64,000 nucleotides of DNA from Zygnema circumcarinatum SAG 698-1b (taxonomy: Eukaryota > Plantae > Zygnematophyceae). The stretch is taken from contig CM074806.1 in the NCBI GenBank assembly GCA_037447605.1, forward strand, positions 4,650,001-4,714,000, written 5' to 3'. Made by a program: the position numbers and the translations under genes. Below the pieces are notes generated by a model. The model saw nothing but the letters and a program-made list of their open reading frames with translations, was not told where the DNA came from and searched no databases. Shown here one piece after another: positions 1-13,734 of the stretch (positions are counted from its first letter, which is position 1; every line of letters starts with the position of its first letter).

Positions 1-276
1 AACTTGAGTTTTCGGAAGTAATATACTTGACCAAAGAACTGATAGTTAAGTGAAAAATCTTTACTTGAAGCCTAAACAGGCCGGACAAAGGGAACGGTGA
101 ATCTCATAAAGTTGATCACCTTTGGAGTAGAGGCTAAAGTATTCCTAGCACTAGCCAGTGTCTCTAGATGATGCCATTTGGGAGCTGCCTTCAAGTTTAA
201 TGTAGATCACAATACCACTCAAAGTCACTAAGCTCATTTTGGTAATCTGACGATGTAAAAGCTGCCGTTGCTGCAG

Positions 277-3200
277 GAGTCGACCGTGTCAGAGTTTGGC
301 CTCATCTGCGATGAAGCGTGGAAGGCGAGCTTGGTGTGAACTGTAGTGACTTTTCCCTTTTTCAGTTCGCTCTCCCAACCCGCTGCTTCTTTTCAGACTC
401 CTTTCTCTCTGTTCTCTCTTCCCTTCCCTTACATTCCCTCCCTTCTCCTTTCCTCTGTCAAGTTCTCATATCGTGCGGCCCCTGGCTCTCGACTCTCGAC
501 CTCTGCCCCCTTCGTCCGACCTCCTCCCTCTCGTCATTTTCTTCCTCTCCTATACTTTCCCTTCCCTCTGCTCCCATTTGCTTCCAGTCTCCCCCTCTCC
601 ACCTTTGCCTTCCCTGTTTCATGTGCTGTTCTGAACCTTCCCTTTTGTCTTCCCCGGCTCCCCTATTTTTTCCCTTTTTCTCTCTCCTTCCTTTCTTCTC
701 TCCCTTTCTTCTCTCTCGATGTCCTTGTCTTCAAAGTTTTTCATCATCGATTCATCATATGCCCTCCAAGTTTGTCTATGTGGTCGTCTACGCCGCACGC
801 TTAGACGAGAAAATTCAGTTAAACTGAGTTGCAGTTGAGGAACTGACAGGGAAGAAATCTTTGCATTTGCAGGTCGGATCTCTGTTCTTTTTCGGGTTTC
901 TGATTGGATCTGGAATTTTCGGAACCCTTTCTGACGGTGTTTTGGGGCGAAAGCGAGGTGAGAAGGAAAGCCCACGGGTTTAAAGTATGATATTGGACCT
1001 TTTTTTGTACCGTACACATTTACCTGAATGAGCAATGAAGGTTTCTTACATGAAATGAGGGATTTCCATGTTGTCCTGCTGCTTTCTTCTATGGAGTGTT
1101 CTTTTTAATAAAACTTCTCCCTCCCCTTTTTGTTTTTGGGTCGGTGTGAAATTGCAGCTCTTTTCTTATGTTGTGGAGTCCTGGCAGTAGGCAGCCTATG
1201 CTCCGGAATGGCACCTTTCTATTGGATGGTACAGTCTCCTCCTTGCAAGTATTGAAAAAAATAAACATTGAGACCTTCGTGTGACGATCACAGACTTCAC
1301 ACGTTCTTTCAGTAGACATTGTCTACCGTAGTTCTGAAATTTCGATCATATTTTTCATTTATTTTCCAAGCATTCCCTCCCCCCTGCTACAGTATGCACT
1401 TTCGCGATTCTTCGTTGGGGTGGGATGCGGCGGACTCGGCCTCGTCTCCTTTGTTCTTGGAAGCGAATTCATCGGCCCAAAGTTTCGGTCAGTTTCACTC
1501 TCCCTCGTGTTGATCTCCTTCACGATTGGTTCAGACAAATTAGTCCTTTATGCGCATGTACTGCTAAATCTTGTTAGTTAGTGTTAGTTTGTGTGAGTTA
1601 GTGTTAGTTAGTGTGAGTTAGTGTGAGTTAGTGTTAGTTAGTGTTAGTTAGTGTGAGTTAGTGTTAGTTAGTGTTAGTTAGTGTGAGTTAGTGTTAGTGC
1701 TAGTTAGGCTTACTGTTACTTAAGGGCACTGTTTTGAATCTGAACTCTACCCTGGTGTTGGGAGGAAGAAGCAGAGGCCATGCTGGGCTTCTACCCAACG
1801 TTTTCTTCGCTGTGGGAGTAATGTTCCTTTCAGCGATAGCAGCATTCACGCCGCACTGGAGGGTATTGGCTTTCATTATCACCTTTCCTTCGGCGCTTTT
1901 CTTACTCCTGTAAGTGCTCAGATGTCGAGGAGAGGTCCCTTATATTAGAATCACATGGCATGGCGTAAAACATGAAAGCACCAACAAAATGCAAGAACAT
2001 CAATTATAACCAATGAAAAACATAACGCAAAACATGGACTGAAATCATGAAAGCAACAGCATCGTGCAAAACATGAAATGAAAACATGGAACCACAAAAC
2101 TGCTTCGGTGTTTGATTTTCAGATGGAGGTTTGTTGACGAGTCCCCTCGATGGCTACTTGTACACTTCCGCACTGAAGAAGCCATGGCTGTTCTTCAAAG
2201 GTTAGCTCTCAGCAACGGCTCTCGACTGCCACGTGGGGCAGTTCTACGGTCCGTTAAACTTGTTAGCGTTGTTCCAGCCGGAGATTCGACTTCCGAAGGG
2301 CAGCCATGGCTGGGGAGTGGGAGTGAAGCATGGAAGAGTGGGATCACCCAGAAAGTCCAATCGAAAGTAAGGTTATGTGACGATTTGGAGGCTGAAAGTG
2401 GAGCGGGAGGAGGAAGGAGGAGAGGATGGGAGCCTCTTACGGCAATGGCGATTTTCGAAAATGGGGTTACACGGAAACGGATTTTAATTTGCCTTTTGGA
2501 TTGGTGAGCATGATTTGGAATGCAACAAGCGTGATTCAAGCTTGGAGAACAGGGCCTTTATGGGTTATTTTAGAGCTTGATTTGAGTCTGAAGATTGTTC
2601 TTTTGTCCCGGTTTTGTGAATGTCCAGGTTCACTGTATCAGCGGTGTATTATGGCCTTAGTCTGAACGCAGGGAATCTGGGAGCAAACCTCTACCTCAGC
2701 TCTTTCTTGAACGGTGAAGCCTGCTTCACTTGACTTTCCGTTACGCTTTCGACTAGGGTTTTAGGGTTATAGTCAAGGATATGGACAGAGGTAGGTAAAA
2801 TCTAGAGCTAAAACTACCGCTAGGGGGATTGGAAAATTTAGGGTCAGGGGTAGGACTTTTGTTTTAGTTATGGAAATGGCTGTTTTCAGGATCAAGATTA
2901 GGGTTGAATTGGGAGTTGGCGTTAAAGTTCAGGTTATAGTTGTGGTTAGTGCTAAGGTTAGAAGCTAAGACGAGAGTTAAAATGAGGGCTATGTGAAGGT
3001 TTAGTTTGATTAGGGGTTAGGGGGGTAGAGTAAGGATTAGGGTTAGGGTTAGGGTTAGGGTTAGGGTTAGGGTTAGGGTTAGGGTTAGGGTTAGGGTTAG
3101 CGTTAGGGTTAGGGTTAGGGTTGATTGCAGTTAAGAGTAGGATTGCTTAAGGTTAGTAACAAATCTAAAAATAGAATAAGGATGCAGCGGTGATAAAGCA

Positions 3201-5141
3201 CATTTAAATACTTGACAAAGGAACCCTTCTGAGCCATGATCACCCTTGTTCTCCTTTTTACGATGTACTGAGTCTATTTTTCTTCTGTTGGAAAGTGAGG
3301 ATGTGGCATTGATCTCCAGAAAGAGTTCCTCTGTGGATTTTATTTCGTTTTCCAGGTCTGGTGGAGTTGCCATCATACATTCTCCTTGGCTGCCTATTGA
3401 GCAGGTGAGCTGGGCTCCTTTCCTTATGCGAAAAATTTTAGCTGCAGGTGGTTTGGCCTCTTTTCTTGAAATTGTAGAAGTCGATGTTTTTCACTCCCTC
3501 TCCTCTTTTTTTAAATGCAGTTGCGGACGCCGGCTCCTCCTTTCAACGAGTTTCTTCATCAGCGGCGTTGCCTGCTTAGGGGGAGTCTTTATCCATGGTG
3601 AAATTCCTGAAAACTATTCCAATAAACCATGTTCTCAGCATGTATGTCTAAGACTCCGATGTTTACCCTAAAGCACAAAACGTAAATACGTCAACATCAT
3701 CATCATCATCATTAAACTGCATTCGTCCATAAATTCATGAATTCACGACTCGGATGCCCTCTTGTTATACATAGCACCATGTACGGCACTGAGTTGGAGT
3801 AACCGACAATTCGAATAGCTGCGTTCACACAGTGTTAGCTCACGCCTCGGTATGCCACGTGGCAGTTCCTGAGTGGTGCCAGGTGGAGCAAGAAGCATGC
3901 TGGGCTAAGACTCTGAACTTAGTGTCTGCACTCGTTGGAAAGTTTGGGATTTCGGCCGCCTTCAGCCTCGTGTATATTTATGCAGCGGAGTTATTTCCAA
4001 CGGTCTGTGTTCCTCCACCGCTCTATGTGAACAGAACATGAGAAAAGAGCCGCAGCTCAGTGTATGCCGAAAAGCGGCTACTTTTGTTTGCAATTTAGAA
4101 ATAGATTCACTTTCAAGACAATTTTTTTGTCAGTATTGTTGGTACATAGATTTGTGTTTGATTGTTTGTTTTTATGTTTTTTAAACAGCCGCTCCTCACA
4201 CTCCATCTCCTGCTCCCTTGCCTCTTTTCCCTCCCACTTTCCTGATTCTCATTCTCCAACTCTCTCCTTCTCCTCTCTCCCTCTCTTTTCGCTCTCCCGC
4301 TTCCTTCTTGTATCTCTCCCTCTTCCTCTCCCGCTCCCTCCTGCAGGAGATCCGAAATGCGGCATTGGGTCTCTGCAGTCAGGGTGCCCGGGTGGCCGGC
4401 ATCATTTCTCCTCAACTAGGTGACTAAAGCTCTCCTTCCTTCTTCTTCTTCTCTCTCTCTCTCTCTCCCTCTCTCTCCCTCTCTCTCCCTCGTTCTTCCC
4501 TCCCTCAGGTTTAAAGAAGGCTTTATGCTCCTCTTGCTTCTAAAACCACCCTCTTATCTGCGATAATTTTCTTGGCAAAGTTTCAACGAAAACAATTGAC
4601 TGACAGCAGATTTTTACAAAGAAGTTCTGATGGCCTTTTCAGAAAATAAAAATCGTCAGAACAGTGGCGTTCCATGTGTCAGTTTTAGTCAGTTTCACTT
4701 GACAGTGTCGCGATAGGATTGCCCGCTTGAGCTCTGTCTCTCCTTGTTGTGCTGTACTCATTCTTGTTTCCCTCCGCAGCTCGCCTTGCCACAGTCTCCC
4801 GCTCTCTACCCTTCGTCCTCTTCGCCTTTCTGGGGCTCACTGTATGACTCTACCCTTTCCCCAAGAAATAAATAGGATTTAAAAAAAAAAAAAAGGGGGG
4901 GGGGGGCGATAAGCAGCATGATCATAGGAATTGGAGAGGTTTTTTTGCTGCTGGAGAGTCTTTTTTTTTTTTTTCGCCTTTGGTTGATTTTTTGTTGGGT
5001 TCCTGGGGAGGGCAGGCAGGGAGCCTCACTCTTTCCCTTCCGGAAACTGCCAACAGGCCATTGTTTGAGACCATGGAGGCTCTGCTGTCAGCTCAGCGCC
5101 TCTCAAAGAAGGGGAAAGAAGTGAACAAGGGCGAAACTTAG
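277..5141 (+). CDS. OCT: Organic cation/carnitine transporter (SLC22/OCT-like MFS), 5'-partial; 13 exons in window
   Basis: GT-AG exons with consistent phases: 277-333, 873-957, 1158-1228, 1393-1487, 1775-1909, 2123-2503, 2628-2713, 3356-3404, 3521-3597, 3866-4002, 4347-4419, 4780-4841, 5016-5141 (TAG). The spliced product has OCT motifs [55 protein letters not shown] and LPET. The start codon lies upstream of the window. Confidence 0.9.
1573..1698. repeat. 10-bp tandem minisatellite GTGT(T/G)AGTTA, about 12-13 copies, in an OCT intron
   Basis: Directly visible periodic GTTAGTGTTA/GTTAGTGTGA units. Confidence 0.9.
3037..3120 (+). repeat. Interstitial telomeric repeat (TTAGGG)14 with one TTAGCG variant; degenerate telomere-like flank about 2755-3036
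   Basis: 84 bp of hexamer units read directly, inside OCT intron 2714-3355. Confidence 0.95.
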
Positions 5142-6239
5142 GTGGTTCGATTCCTTTTAGCTTCACTTCGCATGGATGTGTTCAGAGAGACCCTGACAGA
5201 TGGAGCGAAACATGTGAATTGTGGGGTTGTCGTTCCATTTCTTTCCCTTGATAGAGGCTGGGAGTATGTACAGATGTGACGCTGGTGCAATCAGAACGCG
5301 TAGGTCTCCCTCTCTCCCCTCTCTCTCTCTCTCACTCTCTCTCTCTCTGTCTCTCCCACCGCTCTCTCTGTCACCCATACCATCGTTTTCTCCTTCTTCC
5401 CGCTCTCACTATCTCCTCTTTACTATCTCTTTGGTCTCCTGTTCGCGTTATGGTGTGAAGATTACTTCATCATTTTCATCAGATTGGATTCGCTTTGTAA
5501 TGGAATGTTAGCCGTAGTGTTTCTGGTTAAAAATAGGTTTGGAGAAGAAGTGAAAAGGAAAAATGTGTACAGCTAGTGCCATAGGGTTCAGCTTGGCGGT
5601 CGGTCCTCTGTAGGTATCGACAGGGAAATGTCAGGGTCGAGTTTCTAGGGAAAAACTAGAACCATTCTTGTGAAATAAGGGAGTTGTTTCAGGACCGTCT
5701 GCATTCCTCACTCTCCCAGTTATATATCTCGTCATTTCGTTTGCTTCTTGGGCTTGATGGTTTTGTTCCTGTTGTTGATTATGATGCTTCCAAGTGATTT
5801 TAATGTGACAAGCTGTGGATGTAATTGGGAAGAAGAGAAAGGAAGGGAGAGGGAGAGACGGGGAGGGAGAGGGAGAGGAAATGGGGGAAAGGGAAAGGGA
5901 AAGCTTCCTTGTCTTCTACCTTGTTTTCTTAAAACGTGCGTGTATTGCGGTCTAGGGTTGGGCAAAGTATGAACATGTGTTTGCTAAAGAGTTTGATGAA
6001 GAGGGGGGACCCCATTTGGGCCACTTTAGCGCAAGTCTGAACGACTGAATACATGGCACCAGTGCCCTCTTTCTGGTTAGCCCTATTGGAGACCTGCAAT
6101 GGTCTCTCCGTTTTTTTTTTTTTTCTATCAAATGACCATTCATCCACATTCGTCCATTCGTTCATCTCTCAGTAATTCATCTCTCAGTAATTCATCTCTT
6201 TAGGAATTCGCGAGTCACGAGTTCAGCATGCGGCCGATG

Positions 6240-6425
6240 CGGCCTTTGAGTGGGTTGCCAATCATTGACAGCCGTTGGATGCCAACAGTTGCCAACCATT
6301 TCCAACGGTTGCGAACCATTAAATTCATCGGATTCATTATTGACTGCTTCCAATTGTTGGGAGCCAGTGGACTGCCAACCATTGGACCCATTGCCACCCA
6401 ATGGCTCTCCAATGGTTGCCGACCC
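6240..6425. repeat. Degenerate CAACCATTG/CAATGGTTG-rich repeat patch (related patches at about 13230-13290 and 20825-21000)
   Basis: Recurring CCAACCATT(G) and CAATGGTTG motifs in both orientations. Confidence 0.55.
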
Positions 6426-7504
6426 CATGCTTCGTCTCGTCACAGTAAACTGACGATGTCACGTTCGCTGTTTGACTGTTCGCCGTAGAACTGGAGACCA
6501 CATGTAACGTTCCAATTAGACCTGCTCACACGTGCGAATATATTGAAGCGTGTTTGTATGTTAAAATTAACCCACAATTTTTCTTGCCTTTATAATTCGC
6601 TTAATATAGTGAACTGCAATTTGAACATTGTTGTGTTCGTTGAGCCGAGAGAAGGTTAGCATCTCCCTCGATAAGGACGGGAATAGTCTTCGGACTTTCC
6701 ACTCACATACGGTTAAGGCTCTCCGCTTCGGCGGATCTTACCAATTTTTTTGGATACTTGGGGACACCTTTAGGTACTTTCTATTGCTCGATTTTGCTGA
6801 TTCAAATTGAACAAGCGACTCCAGAAATGAATCAAGCCTGCATTGAACTTTTGGGGTTGCGTCTGCCTACTGCGGCAAGTCACTGCGCCTTCTGGATATG
6901 CTCCGCACGAGGCAACTTCGAGCAGCATAAGATGGAGACTTGAGGTTGCAGGAACGAAGTGGTGCCATTAGACAGTTAAGTCTGCACTTTGTGGGAAGCA
7001 GGCCAAAGGGTGTCTACTTACAAGAAGCTTCACTGCAGCATGGTAACAAGACCTCGCATGGCTATGCATGGCTCTGACAAATGTACCCATCACATTATAC
7101 AAGGAGAAACCTGGGAATTTCTCATATTCCACACCTCGTCAAGAAAATTCACAAAAAAGAGAAAAAGAAAACATTGCTCTAGGACCGTCCTGAGCGTAGT
7201 ACTTTCTCCACTCATCTACCAAATCTAAAAACCCTCAAAACCATGAGCTAGCCTGTCTGCATAACATTCCTTCCCAACATGGAAATGAAAATATTCCTTA
7301 GGCACTTACACGTCACACTAAACAGGAAAAGTGTTTCCAACAAATTAAGGGGGGGGGGGCGGGGGGGACCCCACACAGCATACACCCTATCTATACAAAC
7401 AAAGCATCCGAGTTTAGGATGTCCTGCAGCCCGCACTGGAACATCCTTGGCTATGGGCACCATGTTTTGGCCATAAAGGCACGCCCCCCCACCTCCGTAA
7501 ATTG

Positions 7505-10500
7505 CTAAGACTGCCAACGGTTCCACCACGACTCCTTTTTTTTGGGACCCGCCAAATCGTCCACAGTTGCTCCGATAGTGCGCACGACTTTGCGTTGAAG
7601 GCGGAGAGCGGAAGCGAGAGCGTTCCGTTGGAGCGTGGCTTTCTTCCCCTTCTCTTGCCTCTCCTGATCACCTCCCACACACAGCCTCAATCAACACAAA
7701 GTCCACCCTCCCTTCCTCTTCTCCCCTCTTTCTAGCAACCCCTCTCTCTCTCTCTCCTTCTCTTCCGGCCCCCCATCCCTCCCCACCGGACGCGGTGGCG
7801 GTGGCAGTGATGGTGATAGAGTTACTGATAGTGATAGTGATAATGATAGAATAGGGATAAGTCTGCTCCTCTGAATCAAGTCTCCACCTTTTCTCAAAAA
7901 AATTCCAGATGAAACACACCAGAGAGAAGGAGAGAGAGAGAGCGAGCGAGAGAGCAATGCAACGATGAGGTCCGTTAGGAAAATGACGAATGGAAGGGAA
8001 TGCTCACTCGGATATCTTGCAGCTTTGCCTCTGTGAAACCGCCCTCTTTTGATGTTCCCGAACGCGCCATGAAGACCAGGAATGCTTCCGTGAGCTCTGA
8101 ATTGTCCCTGTAAGCAACTCTCTGCGCTGACAGCCGGAGCCTCTGAAGCAGTGGGAGGTCACCTGGATAGAAGAAAGGGTGTGCTAATGCCCCTGCAGCA
8201 CTGATCCTCTCCCTCCCCTTAAAGCGTACCATAGAGGTAAGCAGGGCCCAGCCATGGCCTCCGTCTGCATCCAATAGCTCAAAGCCTCGTAGGATTTCTG
8301 GAGTCGCTCGCTTAGTAACGAGTTCCCTCCAGGCAGCCATGTTGTAATCGCAGCGCTTAAGCTGCCGATTAAACACAATAAGGCTGCTATCGTTTCTCAG
8401 GTGGGGAAACACCTGCACATCATAAGCAGAGGCTTCTTTCTTAAGGCAGAAACTTGTTGTCGGAGACGTAGTCATAGAAAAGGAAAGCTCCCACAGAAAG
8501 CTTGAAGGAAGACCTGTCATCTGTTTGATAGCCACCTCCCTTAAGGGCTTGGAACTAAAGCGTCAGCTCTTGGGATGGCTGAGCTGTGAGGGACTTTCCT
8601 ACGTTTTTGCTATGTTGAGAAGGCGTACCAAACCCATCAGTTTTCTCACTTGCTACATTCTCTACTTGTAGCCAATTTTTTTATTAAGGTTGGCCATTTC
8701 AGCCAGCATGAGTAGAATGATTCTACTTCATGAATGCTTTGAAGGTACAAGATGAAGGTCAAGTACTTTACCATCTGAAGAAAGATGAGCCCCGCGCTAT
8801 ACACATCGAATCGGTCTGGCAGGTTCATCTGTATGCATCCACCCCCGACCTGGGTCTCATTACTTCCATGGCCATCACCCACAAAGGGTCACTCTACTTT
8901 CACCTTCCTCCATTAGCGAATATCCTCTCAATTCAATAAAGGAGAGACTCAAGTTGTAAGGGCGTTTTGCAGTTTCAGCAGAGTTTAGTACAAACATGGC
9001 AGTACCAATTTGAACCTGAATGACTGGAAAGGAGACGGTCTGCACCTGCCAAAGAACAGGAGAGAGAGCAGCTGCCACCGGAGGAGGGGGTGCTGATGGT
9101 GTCTGTGTGCTCATGATATACTGCTCCGGAGCTGCATATCTGTTTGTCAATAACGCACGTGTACCTTCATGAGACTAGGTAGATGCTATCGACAGCAGAA
9201 GCGAAAAGCAGCCCACCTCTCTAACACTTCGTCGATGACTTCAGAATATATCACTTAGCTTTCTAAATTCGGCATGAAGCAAAACGATAGTCGCTGGAAA
9301 AGAGCTTCAAGAAGAGATGGCCTCGCTTTGTCAATCGGAACTAGAACTACGATCTGGCTCCAAAGTCTCATGACTTTGATTCGGTGCTCATTGAGCGCAC
9401 TTGAAATTGACTTTTACAGGTCTTGAGGTTGTGAGAGATGCGAAGTGAATGCCACACATACCTTGGATCAAGCAAAAACTCCTTTGGGGCATAGTTGATG
9501 CCCACGCGGAGATCTGCTGCTGCCCCCAAGTCGATGATCTTCAGCAGCCCGGATTCTGCTACCAACAAGGGAGGCATCCTAAAGTTTAGGGTTCCAAGTT
9601 CTTACATACCAGTAGCTACAAGAATTGCGACATGCAAAATGAAGATTGTACCTAAGGAAAACTTGTCAAGTGCACGAGACTCACCTCGAGAAAAGATGAT
9701 GTTTTGTGGCTTTATGTCTCGGTGGACTATTCCCACAGCATGAAGGCCATTTAAAGCTGTAAGTAGTTGTGCCATCAGTGCCCTAATTATTTCTGTCTCC
9801 CTACGGATAGTCCGAACCTGTCTCGGCTTCGTTTTAAGCACAGACTCCTCCACCTGTAAAGACAAACACATATTCTGATCCTTACTTTCGCCTTAGTCTC
9901 TGGCTCGCCAAAAATGGTGAAGTTCTTCAACAACGAAGAATGCAATTTCACTCGATCTAGAGTCCCAATCATACTGTTCTGAACGTTGTCATGTATCGTG
10001 AGGATGCACTTACAGACAGCAATTAACTTTTAAGGAGAGGACTCACGTTGAATGGGAAGTCTTTGCTGGTAAGCAGGTCGGTTAGGGTGTTCTCTCCTTC
10101 AAACCGCCACACGAGCCAGAATTCACTCCCTTTAGATTTGTTTGAATTCTGCAGAAGCCAGCCAACAAAGAGCATGATTGAGCAAATTGCTGAATATAGT
10201 TTTTTATTGATACTACAAAAACTTCAGTTTTCAATAGCATGTAAAGATATGCCTCTTATAGCTCAGTTGTATGGCCTAATACAATGGATGGCTCAGTGGA
10301 TGGCTCTAAACACAGCCAGGCTTACAAGCCTGCATAAGCTTCATGTTCCTTAAGCAATGGAAACAAAATGAAACTAAAAACTTACGTCCAAAAAACCGTA
10401 CAGAAAATCTGCACAGCTGCTTGCACAGGCCCTCCTGACGCGCTCGTTCATCCAAATCTCGACCGCTCCAAATTCATTTGCACGCTTCACCACAAGCTCT

Positions 10501-11952
10501 CCATTCTACAAATACAAAAAGTCATGCAAGGATATGTAAGAGAGGTGGGGGGACGAGAGGGTGAGACAGAGGGCGGAAGAAAAAAGCGTCAGGGTTTGCA
10601 CTGATGGTTCAAACTATATTTGCAAATGCCTGAATATCAAAGGAACGAAAACTCTTCCTCAGCACTTGCTCTAAGAAGGAACAAAACTAAGTCCGTACTC
10701 ATCAATAAAAATAATTATCCACATAATAGTTAACATTTGGACGAAACTCTGTAAGTTGAGAATGTTTTTTTTCCCACACTCTTGAGATTGCAACAGGAAG
10801 AGTACTACGAAAAGTAGGAGAATATAAATGTAGGTGCTTCTGTCCTTTTTCAACTTACTACGCATGAACTTTTGAAGAATCGCCTCAGTAAGAACTTTTT
10901 CTTTCTCCAGGGCTTATTTCCCACTCTCCAACCATTGCCTAGCCCGCCAACCTCTTTACTCCTTCCATTTCCATATTGCCCCCTCCAACTCACTCTCTCT
11001 CCCATCTCCCGTCTCCCAACCTCTCTACCTCTCCCCCTCCCTTTCCATCTACCTCTCCCCCTCCCTTTACATCTACTTTCTTCCCTGATGCCTCCGCCTG
11101 ACCCACCTTCTCCGCAGTAGGAGCAGCGTAGGAAGCCTTGTACACAGTGCCATACGCTCCCTCCCCAAGTTTCTTCCCCAACACAAGATCCCGCTGCGCA
11201 AGCTCAGCCAAGACAAAATGCAAAGTCAGCTTGAACATCAAATTCTCCAGTTTCACACCATCTCTATGAGCGAGTACAAACAATTCCACAACGCCAACGG
11301 TACAAAATGTTGCAATGCCTTCTCCAAATATGCGCAAATGCTCTATCCCAAACCATGTTTGCTAGAAACAGACACACCCAACAACACACACTCTCTCTCT
11401 CTCTCACTCTGCATTCCAGGGGGGGGGGGGGAAATCGGGTCTTACTTTGGAACAATTGGGTCTCAGAAGCTGCTCCAACGGAGCTAGAACGAACATATCC
11501 CAAAAGCCGGGCGCCACTCCAGGCGTAGACCACAGATATGCTCCCAATATCATCACGAGAGATATCCCTCCACCTGTCAGTTTGAATGCGTCTCCCGCAG
11601 GGAGAGTGCTTCTGTATACAATGTCCCCGCACTCCATGACCGTGCAGGGAAGCCCCACCCCCACTCCAAGCACGAGAGGAAGGCTGTCCAGGAGCTCGCC
11701 CATAGCCATGCACTGCACCTGCAGCCTACAATTACTATTACTTTTGTTATTCCTTTCATTTCTTTTCAACACTTGGCAATTTAGGGAGCGCTTCAGATGA
11801 TGTTGGAGCCATTGTGAGTGAAGGGCTCTATCGCCCTCTGTGCCCGAGAGGCAGTGGCGTTGTGGAGAGTGCTTCAGTGCAGCGCTGGCTTGGGAAGCAG
11901 TAATAGGCGCTGCCCTGCATCCTGATGCCAGGCCCTGCTGCAGAACTATCAT
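7505..11952 (-). CDS. STN7: Thylakoid state-transition Ser/Thr kinase STN7 (Stt7 orthologue), complete, about 597 aa, 10 exons
   Basis: Exons 11952-11446, 11193-11107, 10505-10386, 10148-10047, 9853-9685, 9555(or 9558)-9462, 9139-9046, 8828-8772, 8412-8008, 7663-7505 sum to 1794 nt in frame. Motifs: [15 protein letters not shown] (lumenal Cys pair), TM segment, [58 protein letters not shown] and WWNRW, as in land-plant STN7. Confidence 0.97.
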
Positions 11953-12961
11953 CTCTGCAGCAATTGAAGGATGCTTTCAAGAGGCCTCTTGAAAGACTTG
12001 CGAAATGAAGAAAAAGACGTGTATCTCGTCAGCAGCTGGCACGGATTCTGGAGCGCTTTTCTCTTTCCCTTTACAGTTTACTGTGTAGGCAGATTGCCAA
12101 ACATTCAAGTGTTCGACTGCTTTCTTGTTCCCAAGAGATTGCTGCGCATGATCGCTGCACCTCTCTCCCTTCCCTTTCCTTCCGGTCTCACTGTCACACC
12201 ACTCCTGAGCAGAGCCTCACTCTCATCATTTTGATTCTGAGCCTCAACTCAACTCAACAACATATTGCTGCAGGCCCCTGCAACCTCATCAAGCCGGACT
12301 CTCACTATCTCTCTCTTTTCTCTCTCTCCCCCTTGCCCTCTCTCTCACCTCTTTCTCTCTCTCTCTCCTCTGGATACCAAATACCTCTAAATCTCTTCCT
12401 TTTCCCTGTAATCTTACAATAAAAAAAAAACAACAGAATGCTTAACAAATTGCTCCTCTCCCAACTAATGCCCTCCCTCAAGCCCTCCCTCCAAGCCCTC
12501 CCTCCAAGCCCTCCCCCTCAGTGCCTGCCATACATCCTCCACTTCCAGAACTTGGTCTGTCTCCAAATATCCACAAGTGTGAATACGATAAACGACGGCT
12601 CCGAACGAACAGGTTTTGTGTGAACGGATCTTAAAAACCTAGATGCGTAACATTGTCGTTTCATGCATGGAGCCTCCGTTCGACCGACGTTGGAATCCGA
12701 GGTGTGAAATATTTGCTTACGTGACGCGTTTCCATTGGTTCTTGAATCGGATAAATTTTTTGTTTCATTTTTCTGCTCTGAATTTAATTTTTATTTCGCG
12801 AATTTGAAATTACAGGTTTGAGATAAATCTGAGGTCGTCTCTGATTGTTCAAAAATGGATCTGATCCGACGTGGCACTACTGGACACGCGGGCGGGTGAC
12901 GTGGTGGACACAGCAGATTTGTCGGCAGGATGGACAGGTGATGTGGCATTGACAGGCTATG

Positions 12962-12969
12962 CCACGTGG
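12962..12969. promoter_or_regulatory. G-box CCACGTGG about 1 kb upstream of the STN7 ATG
   Basis: Motif present; function inferred only from position upstream of a photosynthesis gene. Confidence 0.3.
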
Positions 12970-13313
12970 TAGATTATCCCCGAACAATTGCCTGTGGAGA
13001 ATCTTCACAGATTTTGAAAAATTCGAAACAAGTGGAGCGAGTTGACGGACGTTGGCAGAAAAAATGGAAACCGGGCAGCAGACGAAAAAGGAGAACATTT
13101 CAATAAGGAGCTTCTGATTGGCGCCATCCGACGGCTCTGGCGCGCTCTTGCCACGTGCGGAACGATCGGAGGGTCCCAAACGCGGCGCATTGGCATGGTA
13201 GAAACATCTGGGGGCTCAGATCCTCCAGCATGGAACCAACGACCAACCATTGGACCAAACCAACATGTCCATTGGACCAAACCAATATGTCCATAGCTTT
13301 GCTCACATGCGCT

Positions 13314-13360
13314 CCCATGCCCATGCCCATGCCCATGCCCCTGCCCCTGCCCCTGCCCAT
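13314..13360. repeat. Hexamer microsatellite (GCCCAT)n(GCCCCT)n
   Basis: Directly visible. Confidence 0.9.
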
Positions 13361-13634
13361 TTACAAAACCAAGTGATACAAATTGAACGAGAGCAGCGCA
13401 CACCTTTACAGCTGTTGTTGTCGTTGTTGTGGAGCGCAATGCTTTCATGCTGCTAGCCGCCTACGTCGGACACTATGTGTGACTCTGTTCTCCAAAGGAG
13501 CTGTTCCGTAAACAGTTGAACAGGGACAGCGTCCATGGAACAGGGCCGTTTCTACACAACAGCGGAATCCTGCAAGAGCCTACGCCTACGAGCCTACCTA
13601 CGCCTTTCCCAACTGCAAACGCGATATGTACAAA

Positions 13635-13734
13635 NNNNNNNNNNNNNNNNNNNNNNNNNNNNNNNNNNNNNNNNNNNNNNNNNNNNNNNNNNNNNNNNNN
13701 NNNNNNNNNNNNNNNNNNNNNNNNNNNNNNNNNN
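13635..13734. other. Assembly gap (100 N) covering the RPS3 C-terminus
   Basis: N run. Confidence 1.

Noticed and set aside
318-827. Long ORFs in CT/GA-rich stretches (also 4064-4423, 10872-11120, 14768-15101)
   Set aside because: Low-complexity intronic polypyrimidine tracts; the real exons are short and lie elsewhere.
1573-1698. CRISPR-like array or LTR-derived repeat
   Set aside because: No spacers, eukaryotic intron; resemblance to the TGTTAGTGTT LTR start is too short to be meaningful.
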